From Fibrobacterales bacterium (GTDB lineage Bacteria > Fibrobacterota > Fibrobacteria > Fibrobacterales > JAOPTW01): a stretch of DNA of 64,000 bases. A program made the position numbers and the translations under genes. Of the stretch, positions 9,122 to 18,269 are shown in pieces. The notes below the pieces were generated by a model. It was not told the origin of the DNA. It worked only from the letters and a program-made list of their open reading frames with translations, and ran no database searches. Numbering within the stretch: the first letter of the stretch is position 1; the number at the start of each line of letters is the position of its first letter. The stretch covers positions 29,466-93,465 of the forward strand of contig JAOPTW010000034.1 in assembly GCA_051532035.1 (NCBI GenBank), given 5' to 3'.

Positions 9122-10525
9122 ATGGAATTTACGAAAAAGGAATATTCGAAAAACGAAAAAAGTACCAGTGTAAACTATGGTGGGAAAATACCTCCACAGG
9201 TTTTAAGTGCCGAAGAACACTTACTTGGTGCCCTTCTTCAAGATACCAATGCCTTCCCTCTCTGTATTGATGTCCATATTCAAGCAAGCGATTTCTATCT
9301 CGAGAAAAATGGGGCTATTTTTGATGTCCTTGAGCGACTCTATAATGAGAGCCAACCTGTCGATATTATTTTCGTCGAAGAAGGCCTAAAAAAAGATGGC
9401 ACATTAGAACTTGTTGGCGGAAAAGACTATCTCTTTGAACTGGTGACAAAAGTTGCAACATCTGCAAATGTCGGCTACCATTCAGAGCTCATTAAAGAAA
9501 AAGCGCAACTCAGAAAAATGATCGGCAGTTCAAACAAGATCATTACCATGGCCATGGAAGAGGGCGCAGATACAAACGAGGTTATTCAAGAGGCGGAAAA
9601 AGATATTTTTGCCCTCGCAGAACAACGCATTACAGGCGGCTTAACCCCTGTAAAGGCGATTCTCAATGCAACCCTCGAAATGATTGACAAATATAAATCT
9701 GATGAGATTACGGGTGTTCCTTCGGGATTTGACGATCTCGACAAAATAACTAATGGGCTCCAACCAACTGACTTTATCGTAATGGCTGCCCGTCCTGGTA
9801 TGGGTAAAACGTCATTTGCCCTGTCTATTCTAGCAAATTCATCAGTAACCTATGGAAAGTCCGTTGCCTTCTTCACCTTGGAAATGGGCTGTGAACAGTT
9901 AGTTCAGCGTCTTCTCTGTCTTAAGGGGCAGATTGATATGCATTTGCTCCGTACTGGCCGGCTCCCTGCCTCTGAGCACAAAAAAATACCTATTACTGCC
10001 CAAATGCTTTCTGAGTCTCCCATCTATATTGATGAACAGAATGGTCTTACCATTGTCGACCTTAAGTCTAAATGTCGTATTCTCAAGAAACAACATGGGC
10101 TCGATATGATTATCATTGACTATTTACAGCTCATGTCTGGCCTCAAAAGTGCCAATAACCGTCAGGAAGAGATCTCTCAAATTTCTCGGGGGCTCAAAGA
10201 ACTCGCTAAAGAACTGAAAGTACCGATTGTTGCTCTTGCACAGTTGAGTCGTGATGTCGAAAAACGTGGCCCCGGAGCAAAACCACAACTCTCTGACCTT
10301 CGTGAGTCTGGTGCGATAGAGCAAGATGCCGACATGATTTGGTTCATAAATCGACCCAATTACTACGATAAAGAGTTTGACCCAACCTTTGCAGAGCTCA
10401 TTATAGCAAAACACCGTAATGGACCAACTGATACCATTAAACTCACCTGGATTGGATCACATACTGGCTTCTATAACTACGCACCACCTGCAGATCAGGG
10501 GTATCAAGAGTACGAGGAATTTTAA
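9122..10525 (+). CDS. dnaB: Replicative DNA helicase
   Basis: PPQ..AE, AARPGMGKT Walker A, IIDYLQLM, LAQLSR, DLRESGAIEQDAD, IAKHRNGPT. Confidence 0.97.
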   Translation: MEFTKKEYSKNEKSTSVNYGGKIPPQVLSAEEHLLGALLQDTNAFPLCIDVHIQASDFYLEKNGAIFDVLERLYNESQPVDIIFVEEGLKKDGTLELVGGKDYLFELVTKVATSANVGYHSELIKEKAQLRKMIGSSNKIITMAMEEGADTNEVIQEAEKDIFALAEQRITGGLTPVKAILNATLEMIDKYKSDEITGVPSGFDDLDKITNGLQPTDFIVMAARPGMGKTSFALSILANSSVTYGKSVAFFTLEMGCEQLVQRLLCLKGQIDMHLLRTGRLPASEHKKIPITAQMLSESPIYIDEQNGLTIVDLKSKCRILKKQHGLDMIIIDYLQLMSGLKSANNRQEEISQISRGLKELAKELKVPIVALAQLSRDVEKRGPGAKPQLSDLRESGAIEQDADMIWFINRPNYYDKEFDPTFAELIIAKHRNGPTDTIKLTWIGSHTGFYNYAPPADQGYQEYEEF

Positions 10526-11316
10526 TGAACCACTTTGCCCAGTTTCTACTCTCACCATTTACGATACTTGCACAAGTATTTTATAGTGGTATTATAGGAA
10601 TTGGTGAAGTGGCCTACCTCTTATTAGCAACTCTTAAAAGATTTCCTCTGGTAGTTAAAAACCCCACCATGACTATCACCCAAATGATTAACATTGGCGT
10701 TTCATCTATCCCACTCCTTTTTGTTACCTCAATTTTTACCGGAATGGTCGCCGTAATCCAAGTAAAATATCAATTTAGAGGGTTTGTCTCCGATGGCTTC
10801 ATTGGTACAGGAGTTTGTAAAATGGTTATCATTGAACTCGGGCCTCTCCTTACTGCAATTGTAATGTCTGGTCGTATCGGTTCTGCCCTAGCTGCAGAGA
10901 TCGGCTCGATGAAAGAGAAAGAAGAACTTGATGCAATGGTTGTGCTCAACCTTGATCCCCTTAGATATTTGGCCATGCCTCGCCTCATTGCCTTTATGGT
11001 AATGATGCCTTGTCTGACTCTCATATCAATATATATTGCCCTGGTGGGTGGGTGGCTCATCAGTGTACTTGCCCTAGATATGACATCGTACACCTATATG
11101 AATGGCTTGACCAAATTTTTTATTCCTATGGATGTCGCTGCAGCATTAATCAAATCATTTACTTTTGGAACTATTATTTTTTTGATGGGATATTATCAGG
11201 GTACTCACGCTGGCTCAGGAGCCAAAGGAGTGGGTGAAGCAACAATGAAAGTGGTAGTATCTTCGAGTGTATTGATATTGATATTTGATTTTATCATTGC
11301 ACTCATTATGTTTTAA
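10525..11316 (+). CDS. mlaE: MlaE-family ABC permease
   Basis: ELGPLLTAIVMSGRIGSALAAEIGSM, PR, GA.GVG.AT..VV. Confidence 0.9.
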   Translation: MNHFAQFLLSPFTILAQVFYSGIIGIGEVAYLLLATLKRFPLVVKNPTMTITQMINIGVSSIPLLFVTSIFTGMVAVIQVKYQFRGFVSDGFIGTGVCKMVIIELGPLLTAIVMSGRIGSALAAEIGSMKEKEELDAMVVLNLDPLRYLAMPRLIAFMVMMPCLTLISIYIALVGGWLISVLALDMTSYTYMNGLTKFFIPMDVAAALIKSFTFGTIIFLMGYYQGTHAGSGAKGVGEATMKVVVSSSVLILIFDFIIALIMF

Positions 11317-11342
11317 TATTCACTATAAAGTGAAGGAGCACT

Positions 11343-12128
11343 ATGCCTGGCGTAGAAGTCGATGAAAATGACATTATGATTGAGCTTAAGCACCTCAAAA
11401 AATCTTTTGGAACTCAAAAAGTCCTTAAAGATGTTTCACTCGATATTCGTCGTGGTGAGACCATGGTGATTATTGGACAGTCTGGTGGAGGTAAATCGGT
11501 TATCCTCAAGCATATGATTGGCCTCCTTCAACCAGATGGCGGCGAAGTAACTATTGATAACCACACCATCTCTACTCCCACCTATTTTGACACCAAAACC
11601 ATCCGCAAAAAAATGGGAATGCTCTTTCAAAATGGGGCACTTTTCGACTCTATGAATGTAGGTGAAAATATTGCATTTCCCCTACGGGAACATGACCGCT
11701 CCATAACTACTGAAGAGATTCAACGAATAGTAAATGAAAAACTGATGCTCATTCACCTCAAGCCAGAATTTGCGTCAAAAATGCCGAGTGAACTCTCAGG
11801 TGGTATGAAAAAGCGCCTCGCCCTTGCACGAGTTATCGCTCTCAACCCTCAAGTAATTCTCTACGATGAACCGACAACTGGACTCGACCCTATCACTTCC
11901 GATGTAATCAATGACCTTATTATTGACATGCAACAGAAACTGGGAGTAACATCAGTTGTAGTAACACACGACATGGTCTCGGCCTACAAAGTAGCCGACC
12001 GTATTGCCATGCTCTATGATGGCCACATCATTGCCAAAGGAACTCCTGACGAGATTCGAGCAACTAAAAACCCCTACGTTAAACAGTTCATCACTGGACA
12101 ACGTAAACTCCACATGCATCCAGCGTAG
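11343..12128 (+). CDS. mlaF: MlaF-family ABC ATP-binding protein
   Basis: GQSGGGKS, LFQNGALFDS, LSGGMKKR, YDEPTTGLDP, VTHD. Confidence 0.9.
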   Translation: MPGVEVDENDIMIELKHLKKSFGTQKVLKDVSLDIRRGETMVIIGQSGGGKSVILKHMIGLLQPDGGEVTIDNHTISTPTYFDTKTIRKKMGMLFQNGALFDSMNVGENIAFPLREHDRSITTEEIQRIVNEKLMLIHLKPEFASKMPSELSGGMKKRLALARVIALNPQVILYDEPTTGLDPITSDVINDLIIDMQQKLGVTSVVVTHDMVSAYKVADRIAMLYDGHIIAKGTPDEIRATKNPYVKQFITGQRKLHMHPA

Positions 12129-12168
12129 CGCGAATAGCGTTAAGTATAGAAGCGTAGCGCGAGCAGCG
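12122..12168. repeat. Short direct repeat AGCGTAGCGCGA x2 between convergent mlaF and hemB
   Basis: Exact 12-mer at 12122-12133 and 12151-12162, extending to 18 nt with 2 mismatches; each copy contains GC-GTA-GC. Confidence 0.55.
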
Positions 12169-12185
12169 GTAGGCCCAGGCCGTAA

Positions 12186-13166
12186 TTACCGTTCCAACAC
12201 CTTCGCAGCATCAACAGCAAAATAGGTCCAGATCACATCAGCTCCCGCACGTTTAATTGACAGTAGGGACTCCATCATGGTACTTTCACGATCAAGCCAC
12301 CCTTTTTCGGCTGCTGCACACACCATGGAATATTCACCACTCACATTATAGGCTGCAACAGGAATATCAAATGCCTCTTTGACCACATGTATTATATCGA
12401 GATAACTGAGTGCCGGTTTCACAATTATTGAATCTGCACCTTCTGCAATATCTAGTTCAACTTCTCTGAGCGCTTCACGCTTGTTTGCAGGGTTCATCTG
12501 ATAAGTCTTTTTATCACCTGCTTTAGGAGCTGAATCTAATGCGTCTCTAAAAGGACCATAGAATGCTGAACAATATTTAGCTGCATAAGACATTATCCCC
12601 GTTTGAGTAAAGCCATCACCATCAAGTGCCGAGCGAAGTGAACCAATTCGTCCATCCATCATGTCGGATGGTGAGATAATATCAGCGCCAGACTCTGCAT
12701 GCATCAAGGCTTGCTTACACAACACATCAACCGTTTCGTCATTTAAAATAATACCTTCAGGAGAAACAATACCATCATGTCCATCTGAATTATAGGGATC
12801 AAGTGCAATATCAGTAATAACAACTAATCCAGGGAATGCATCTTTCACCGCTTTAATAGCATTGGGTACAAGCCCATTAGAATTATACGATTCATCCGCG
12901 GTACTATTTTTCTTTGCTTCAGGAACTGCCGGAAAAAGCGCAACCGCCGGAATCCCCAGCGACGAAATCTCCTTTAAGTATTTAAGGAGTTCATCTATTG
13001 AAAACCTGAAACACCCAGGCATCGCTTCAATAGATTCGCGTTTCCCATTCCCCTCCATTATAAAAAGAGGAAGGATAAAGTCTTTAACTGATAAGGTGGT
13101 CTCTTGAAACATAGACCGCACTTCAGGATTCACTCTGTTTCTACGCATACGGGTAGGGATTATCAT
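12186..13166 (-). CDS. hemB: Porphobilinogen synthase (ALA dehydratase), Cys-free Mg-type metal motif
   Basis: RMRRNR, DIALDPYNSDGHDG, PSDMMDGR, SAFYGPFRDA, VKPALSYLD, AYNVSGEY. Start moved to MIIPTRMRR. Confidence 0.95.
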   Translation of the reverse strand: MIIPTRMRRNRVNPEVRSMFQETTLSVKDFILPLFIMEGNGKRESIEAMPGCFRFSIDELLKYLKEISSLGIPAVALFPAVPEAKKNSTADESYNSNGLVPNAIKAVKDAFPGLVVITDIALDPYNSDGHDGIVSPEGIILNDETVDVLCKQALMHAESGADIISPSDMMDGRIGSLRSALDGDGFTQTGIMSYAAKYCSAFYGPFRDALDSAPKAGDKKTYQMNPANKREALREVELDIAEGADSIIVKPALSYLDIIHVVKEAFDIPVAAYNVSGEYSMVCAAAEKGWLDRESTMMESLLSIKRAGADVIWTYFAVDAAKVLER

Positions 13167-13274
13167 AAGGAACTCACTATACTTATTGCTAAACAATAAT
13201 GTAGTTATTCATTAAAATGCTGTCAGGGTTCACTGCCGGCTTAAGTAATAAATTTCACTATTGATCACACATGA

Positions 13275-13694
13275 TTACCGTGAGGCGATAATCTCGTTCC
13301 AATCGGGAAGCCCCTCAATGAGGTCATATTTTGAACCGTTCCTCTTAAGATACATGATGCTAGAGCCATTTGTCAGGACCACATACTGAGCAGGAACAAT
13401 AGCAAGATACTTTTGAACTTGCAGAATTATATTCTGATCTAAGACAACTTCTGGGCGCTTACACTCAACTAAGAGTTCAAAAAGAGGAATATGATTATTC
13501 TTAGAAAACCGAGTAACCAAAAGATCTACGCGATCATTACTGGTAGGTTTAAAACGAGAGAGTGACACCTCTACATCAATAGCCTGTGAAGGATACCCTT
13601 TTGAGAGAAGCCAACTGATAACCTGTTGGCGAACATGCTCCTCGGGTGTCGCTACAACCTGTTGTTTTCTGATTGGATCGTAGAGCTCACTCAT
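13275..13694 (-). CDS. Stand-alone type I restriction HsdR N-terminal-like (PD-(D/E)xK) protein
   Basis: DPIRK..V..TPEE.VRQ, RVD, VECK, Q...Y, LTNG. Confidence 0.8.
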   Translation of the reverse strand: MSELYDPIRKQQVVATPEEHVRQQVISWLLSKGYPSQAIDVEVSLSRFKPTSNDRVDLLVTRFSKNNHIPLFELLVECKRPEVVLDQNIILQVQKYLAIVPAQYVVLTNGSSIMYLKRNGSKYDLIEGLPDWNEIIASR

Positions 13695-14160
13695 TTTTCA
13701 TTTCATGTACATGAAACGAATAAAGGTCGAAGTAGTAGCGTTCCAAATGTTTTTTACTTCTAAAGCTGTTTTTAACTTTGAGACGAACGTTTTCTCGTGT
13801 ACGAACCATACGATGTATTTTTTTAAACACCTCGGGAAAAAAGAGATCATCTGCAACAGTTTTTACATGACGGTCACCAAAAGAGAGCCCATATCTTCGC
13901 TCAAGTGCATCAAAAATTCTGAATTCACACGTTGTTTCCGGCGTTTTTTTCTTTAGAATGCGGGTATAGCATTTATTAATATAATTTTGCTTTTCGGCAA
14001 TTATCATATCATCAATTTCATGAATTTGTTTGTCGTGAGGTTGCCCAACACGCCACTTTCCTATCGTAGGACTACACCCTATAAATACTAATAGCACAAG
14101 TGCTGCAACAACAAAACGCTTTATATTAAAGTTCATACTCCTCCACATGTCCACTCTCAT
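13687..14160 (-). CDS. Hypothetical lipoprotein
   Basis: Basic N-terminus, hydrophobic stretch and lipobox-like FIGC; sits in operon context. Start uncertain. Confidence 0.6.
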   Translation of the reverse strand: MRVDMWRSMNFNIKRFVVAALVLLVFIGCSPTIGKWRVGQPHDKQIHEIDDMIIAEKQNYINKCYTRILKKKTPETTCEFRIFDALERRYGLSFGDRHVKTVADDLFFPEVFKKIHRMVRTRENVRLKVKNSFRSKKHLERYYFDLYSFHVHEMKNE

Positions 14161-14198
14161 CTAATCGACCCTATTTGGCTCGATTGTCCCAATGTAAA

Positions 14199-15317
14199 TT
14201 AATTCAGGTGGGCTGCGATTGCTTTTTTATAGATATCTAAATATTGGGGTAATATTTTGGCAATGGAGTAGTTTTCCATAACGTGTTTTCTTCCCTTTTG
14301 CCCCATTATTTTTACTTGGTCTGGGTTTTTAGCAATATAGAGTCCTTTCTCAGCAATTGCATCAATATCTCCTATTGCACACAGAAACCCATTCTCCCCA
14401 TCAACCACAACCTCAGGAAGGCCACCGGCATCGGATGTTATTACGGGTATTCCACAAGACATGCCTTCAATTGCAACCAATCCAAAACTCTCCTGTTCTG
14501 AGGGACAAAGAATCACATCGGCAAGCTTTATTACCGAAACAATATCCTCTTGGTTACCCAAAAAATTAACTCGGTCACAGAGGTCGTGTTCACTAACGAG
14601 CCGATGGCACTCACTTATTAAAGGCCCTTCGCCTGCGAGAAGAAGGCGTGTCTTGGGGCACTCCTGATTAATCTTTATAAAGGCCTTAACGGCATCAACG
14701 GGTCGCTTTACTTTTCTAAAATTTGAGTAGTGAAGAAATACCGTATCATCAGAAGTTTTGTGATAGTCTTTCACTGTAAAGAGCTCTGTATCAACAAAAT
14801 TATAGAGAGTTTCAACTTCGCGCTCAGTATTAAATATGCGATTCGTCTCATCACGAAGATAGTTTGAAACCGCGGTCACTACAGTACTTTGATTTATGCT
14901 AAACCGAGTAATATCAAAAAATGAGGGATCTTTACCCACTAAAGTAATATCTGTCCCATGGAGTGTTGTCACAATCGGCATTTTACGTGGTGCAATCATC
15001 TGTTGTGCCAAATAAGCTGAAGTAGCATGAGGAATTGCATAGTGAACATGAAGAAGATCGAGCTCTTCAATTTTATATACTTCGTTGATTTTATTGGCTA
15101 GTGAGAGCGTATAAGGCTGATTCTTAAAGAGTGGGTACTCCAACTGATCAACCTGATGGTAGTAAATATTTTCACTAAAACCACTGTAGAGCCGTGGTGG
15201 CATATTACTCGTAATAAAGTGAATAGAGTGGCCCGCATCAGCAAGTGCCTTCCCCAACTCAGTAGCTAAAATTCCACTCCCGCCAAATGACGCATAACAA
15301 ACAATTCCTATTTTCAT
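14199..15317 (-). CDS. bshA: N-acetyl-alpha-D-glucosaminyl L-malate synthase
   Basis: MKIGIVCY..GGSG..ATELG, YPLF, LHVHYAIPHA, TTLHGTDITLVG, SNFRKVKR, ESFGL. Confidence 0.95.
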   Translation of the reverse strand: MKIGIVCYASFGGSGILATELGKALADAGHSIHFITSNMPPRLYSGFSENIYYHQVDQLEYPLFKNQPYTLSLANKINEVYKIEELDLLHVHYAIPHATSAYLAQQMIAPRKMPIVTTLHGTDITLVGKDPSFFDITRFSINQSTVVTAVSNYLRDETNRIFNTEREVETLYNFVDTELFTVKDYHKTSDDTVFLHYSNFRKVKRPVDAVKAFIKINQECPKTRLLLAGEGPLISECHRLVSEHDLCDRVNFLGNQEDIVSVIKLADVILCPSEQESFGLVAIEGMSCGIPVITSDAGGLPEVVVDGENGFLCAIGDIDAIAEKGLYIAKNPDQVKIMGQKGRKHVMENYSIAKILPQYLDIYKKAIAAHLN

Positions 15318-16045
15318 TAGTATGGATCTCCACTGAGTGCTGTAAGGTCTTGTACTTCAGCGAGCTCTCTACACCAGAAGCCTTCGGCGTGTCTACTTTT
15401 AATTCTTGTACCGAGCATTCGTGCACGAGACTTTATAAAGTCCATAAACTCAGGGGATGAGATATCGGTTTTTCCGGCAAAGGATTCTTTTTCATCGGTA
15501 TGAAACTGAGATTTATATTCCATAAGTGCTGCTATTTTTATTTCAAATTGCTCAGAAATATCAATACAAAAGGTTGGCTCAAACCAAACAGGTCCCATAA
15601 AATGAAAAAGTCTTTTGGGGCGAAAGGGTGCGAGTTCAGGCATCAGAGATTTAAGCCCCGCTTTGTAACAGGCTGCTTTAACTATTTCGCCAGTCATGTA
15701 GTGATCTGGGTGATAATCATCAAAATAGTGAGTAAGAACAACCGTTGGCCTGTAGGTTCGTAATACACGAATAACCGTTTCAACAGCTTCATCGGTTACC
15801 GATAAATGCGCATCGTGTAAATTAAGATTAATACGAGTTAACGTCCCCTCCCCTAAAACCTTCAGTGCATTTTCCGCTTCTAACGCACGCTGTTCCGGGG
15901 TTCCTCGGGTTGCAGCTGTAGGTTCTGTCATATCAACGATAATCCCTCGCTTGCCTTCAGCACACATTTTAGCTATGGTTCCGCCGGCGCAAATTTCTAC
16001 ATCATCAGCATGGGCTCCAATTGCCATAAAGTCTATCTGTTCCAC
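15317..16045 (-). CDS. bshB1: Bacillithiol biosynthesis deacetylase
   Basis: GAHADDVE, TRGT, R..EA, HPDH, SQF; 1-nt overlap with bshA. Confidence 0.92.
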   Translation of the reverse strand: MEQIDFMAIGAHADDVEICAGGTIAKMCAEGKRGIIVDMTEPTAATRGTPEQRALEAENALKVLGEGTLTRINLNLHDAHLSVTDEAVETVIRVLRTYRPTVVLTHYFDDYHPDHYMTGEIVKAACYKAGLKSLMPELAPFRPKRLFHFMGPVWFEPTFCIDISEQFEIKIAALMEYKSQFHTDEKESFAGKTDISSPEFMDFIKSRARMLGTRIKSRHAEGFWCRELAEVQDLTALSGDPY

Positions 16046-17535
16046 TCTTCCTCCAAACTAATATATTGATGTTCAAACCCAAGTGGGTCTAGTGAGGTGA
16101 TAAATCGTTTAAAGGTGATGCTTCTTTCAACGGTTGGCCACTGTATAATCCGTTCTTGCTTTCGCAATGATCCAAACCATGTATAGAGTGCATCGATACG
16201 GGATTTCAAAACATCATCTTTCTGAACGGCTCGCTTGTATAACTTCTTTGCAATCTGTTTGTTAATACTCTCAATAGTCTGTTCTAAATTCAGCTCTATA
16301 GAGCTGTCAGTGTCAAATTTTTTAATACTATTTAGAAATGCATCATTCATAAGCAGAGGTACCCCCTCAACTTCGTTCTCTGCAAGTATCACTTTTCCCA
16401 GACGTTCCACCATCTCTGAATGACTCATTGTAGGGAGCTGCGCTGGCTCACATATTAACTCATCTGCAATTGGTATAAATTCATTAAAAGCAATAGTAGC
16501 GTGGCATCGTGGAAAAACCATCGGAAAAGGTATTGATAAATAGCGATATAATGGAGCCAAAACCCCAAAATAGCGAAGCTCTGCAGGCCCCAGTACATGG
16601 GCTGCAACAGGAAATATAGAGTCGCAGACTAGTGGCCTTGTTAAAACGTCATGACTCAAGTGTTCAGCATGTCGCTCCTCTTTCGAGGTAACTCTACTGC
16701 GTTGCCCCAGAGAAACAGCAAATGCACGAATAACTGCAGGGCGAATTTCAACGGGAGATTGTACACCGATGGATTCAAGGATTTCTTTGCCCTGAAACAG
16801 TTTCATCTCTACCTCTTCGTGGTGTTCGACACAGCTATTCAAGACTCCTCTACCAAAATGCTTAACCAAATCTGAAGAACCATCTACAAATATGAGTCCA
16901 CTACTCCCTAAAAGTGATTGAAGGAGTTTACCAAATTGATCGGCAATTGAGATACCTGGCTCTATAAGACTTAAAAATGATGATTTTACGTTAAGTTCAC
17001 TGATGATATCTAAAAGATCATTGTGTCGATCTCTATCGAGATAGCGATGCGACATTTGAATTAACTCGCTACGCTGGGTAAAATCGAGAGTATGAGCCTT
17101 CCCCGTTAGGAGATCCTCAGCAAAATTACACTCTTTTAGGTCTGAGTCATCCCCTGCAATCCAAAAAATAGGGACCACGGTCGTTTCATGATTACGACTT
17201 AATGTTTCTGCAAGAGCTACAGCGGTGAGTGCCTTATAAAGAATCATAAGAGGTCCACCTGCAATACTTGGTTGCTGCCCTGTGATCACTACTGTAGTAG
17301 TACTGTTTTTAAGGAGGTTGATATTTTCTTCAGTCTCTTGAGAGCATCCATATCGTATCTGCTCATCTCGTAACATTTCTGTTAATAAGGTACCATCATA
17401 GGCATCAAAGGATCGATTAAAAAGAGACTCCGTATCGGCAGATGCAGTCGTAGCAACACCTGACGGATAAACCGTCTTACACTCCTGGTCAAACTCCTCA
17501 ATGAGTCGTTGAAAAAGGGGTGATAGGTAGGCCAT
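16033..17535 (-). CDS. bshC: Bacillithiol cysteine-adding enzyme (divergent)
   Basis: TGQQ...GGPL..LYKA, VPIFW, RP, GPAE..YF, QER; lies directly upstream of bshB1. Confidence 0.85.
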   Translation of the reverse strand: MAYLSPLFQRLIEEFDQECKTVYPSGVATTASADTESLFNRSFDAYDGTLLTEMLRDEQIRYGCSQETEENINLLKNSTTTVVITGQQPSIAGGPLMILYKALTAVALAETLSRNHETTVVPIFWIAGDDSDLKECNFAEDLLTGKAHTLDFTQRSELIQMSHRYLDRDRHNDLLDIISELNVKSSFLSLIEPGISIADQFGKLLQSLLGSSGLIFVDGSSDLVKHFGRGVLNSCVEHHEEVEMKLFQGKEILESIGVQSPVEIRPAVIRAFAVSLGQRSRVTSKEERHAEHLSHDVLTRPLVCDSIFPVAAHVLGPAELRYFGVLAPLYRYLSIPFPMVFPRCHATIAFNEFIPIADELICEPAQLPTMSHSEMVERLGKVILAENEVEGVPLLMNDAFLNSIKKFDTDSSIELNLEQTIESINKQIAKKLYKRAVQKDDVLKSRIDALYTWFGSLRKQERIIQWPTVERSITFKRFITSLDPLGFEHQYISLEEEWNR

Positions 17536-18269
17536 TAGTCTCCTTTTTTAAGTACAAACGACATCCGAGGGGAGTCTTGAGTAAAGGGGTTCCCTTGCTC
17601 ATCTCCAAAAATTGTTTGTACCGACAAATTAACACTTTTAAAGAGATCATACAAATCTTCTTGTTCGAATACCATCACTCTTTCATGATATTTTTCAACT
17701 CTGTCAGGAGCATACTCAATAGTAATCTCCTTACAGACACATCCTCCAGTAAAAGTGCGGTCCTGGGTAACTATTTTACCATCAATTACTTGAGTATCTT
17801 TTTTGGGCAGAGTTTCGAGAACGGCATCTTTATTCATGAGGTCGAGAAAAATATACCCTCCTGGCTTTACCATATCAGCGAAATAACCGAGGAGTGCAAA
17901 ATTCTCTTCACGAGTTTCGAAATATCCAAATGAAGTGAAAAAAGAGCAGGCTAGGTCGAAAGAGCCCTTAGGAAAAGGAAGATCGCGCATATCTGCTCGA
18001 GCTATTGGTAAAATGGCAGGGAGGGAGAGTTCTTGGGCTCTTTTCAATAAATAATGACTGAGGTCAATCCCTACCGCACTCATATTGTTATTGAGAAGTT
18101 CTTTGAGATGGCGCGCTTTACCACACCCAATATCTATTATTGAAGCACCTTTAGGAAGCTCAAGATAATTTAGAAGTGCCGCAACCTGATCTGTAGCCTG
18201 TTGATCATTACGATTTACGTAAATATTATCATACTCTTCTTGAAACCATCGTTCAAACCATTCCATCAA
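17535..18269 (-). CDS. Class I SAM-dependent methyltransferase, probable bacillithiol N-methyltransferase (NmbA-like)
   Basis: WFERWF N-terminus, IDIGCGKARH motif I, GIDLS, ADMR, FTSFGYF, SPRM; TAATG-coupled to bshC. Confidence 0.85.
   Translation of the reverse strand: MMEWFERWFQEEYDNIYVNRNDQQATDQVAALLNYLELPKGASIIDIGCGKARHLKELLNNNMSAVGIDLSHYLLKRAQELSLPAILPIARADMRDLPFPKGSFDLACSFFTSFGYFETREENFALLGYFADMVKPGGYIFLDLMNKDAVLETLPKKDTQVIDGKIVTQDRTFTGGCVCKEITIEYAPDRVEKYHERVMVFEQEDLYDLFKSVNLSVQTIFGDEQGNPFTQDSPRMSFVLKKGD

Noticed and set aside
13275..13694. Restriction-modification or defence island
   Set aside because: Single small domain with no methylase, specificity subunit or other defence genes nearby.
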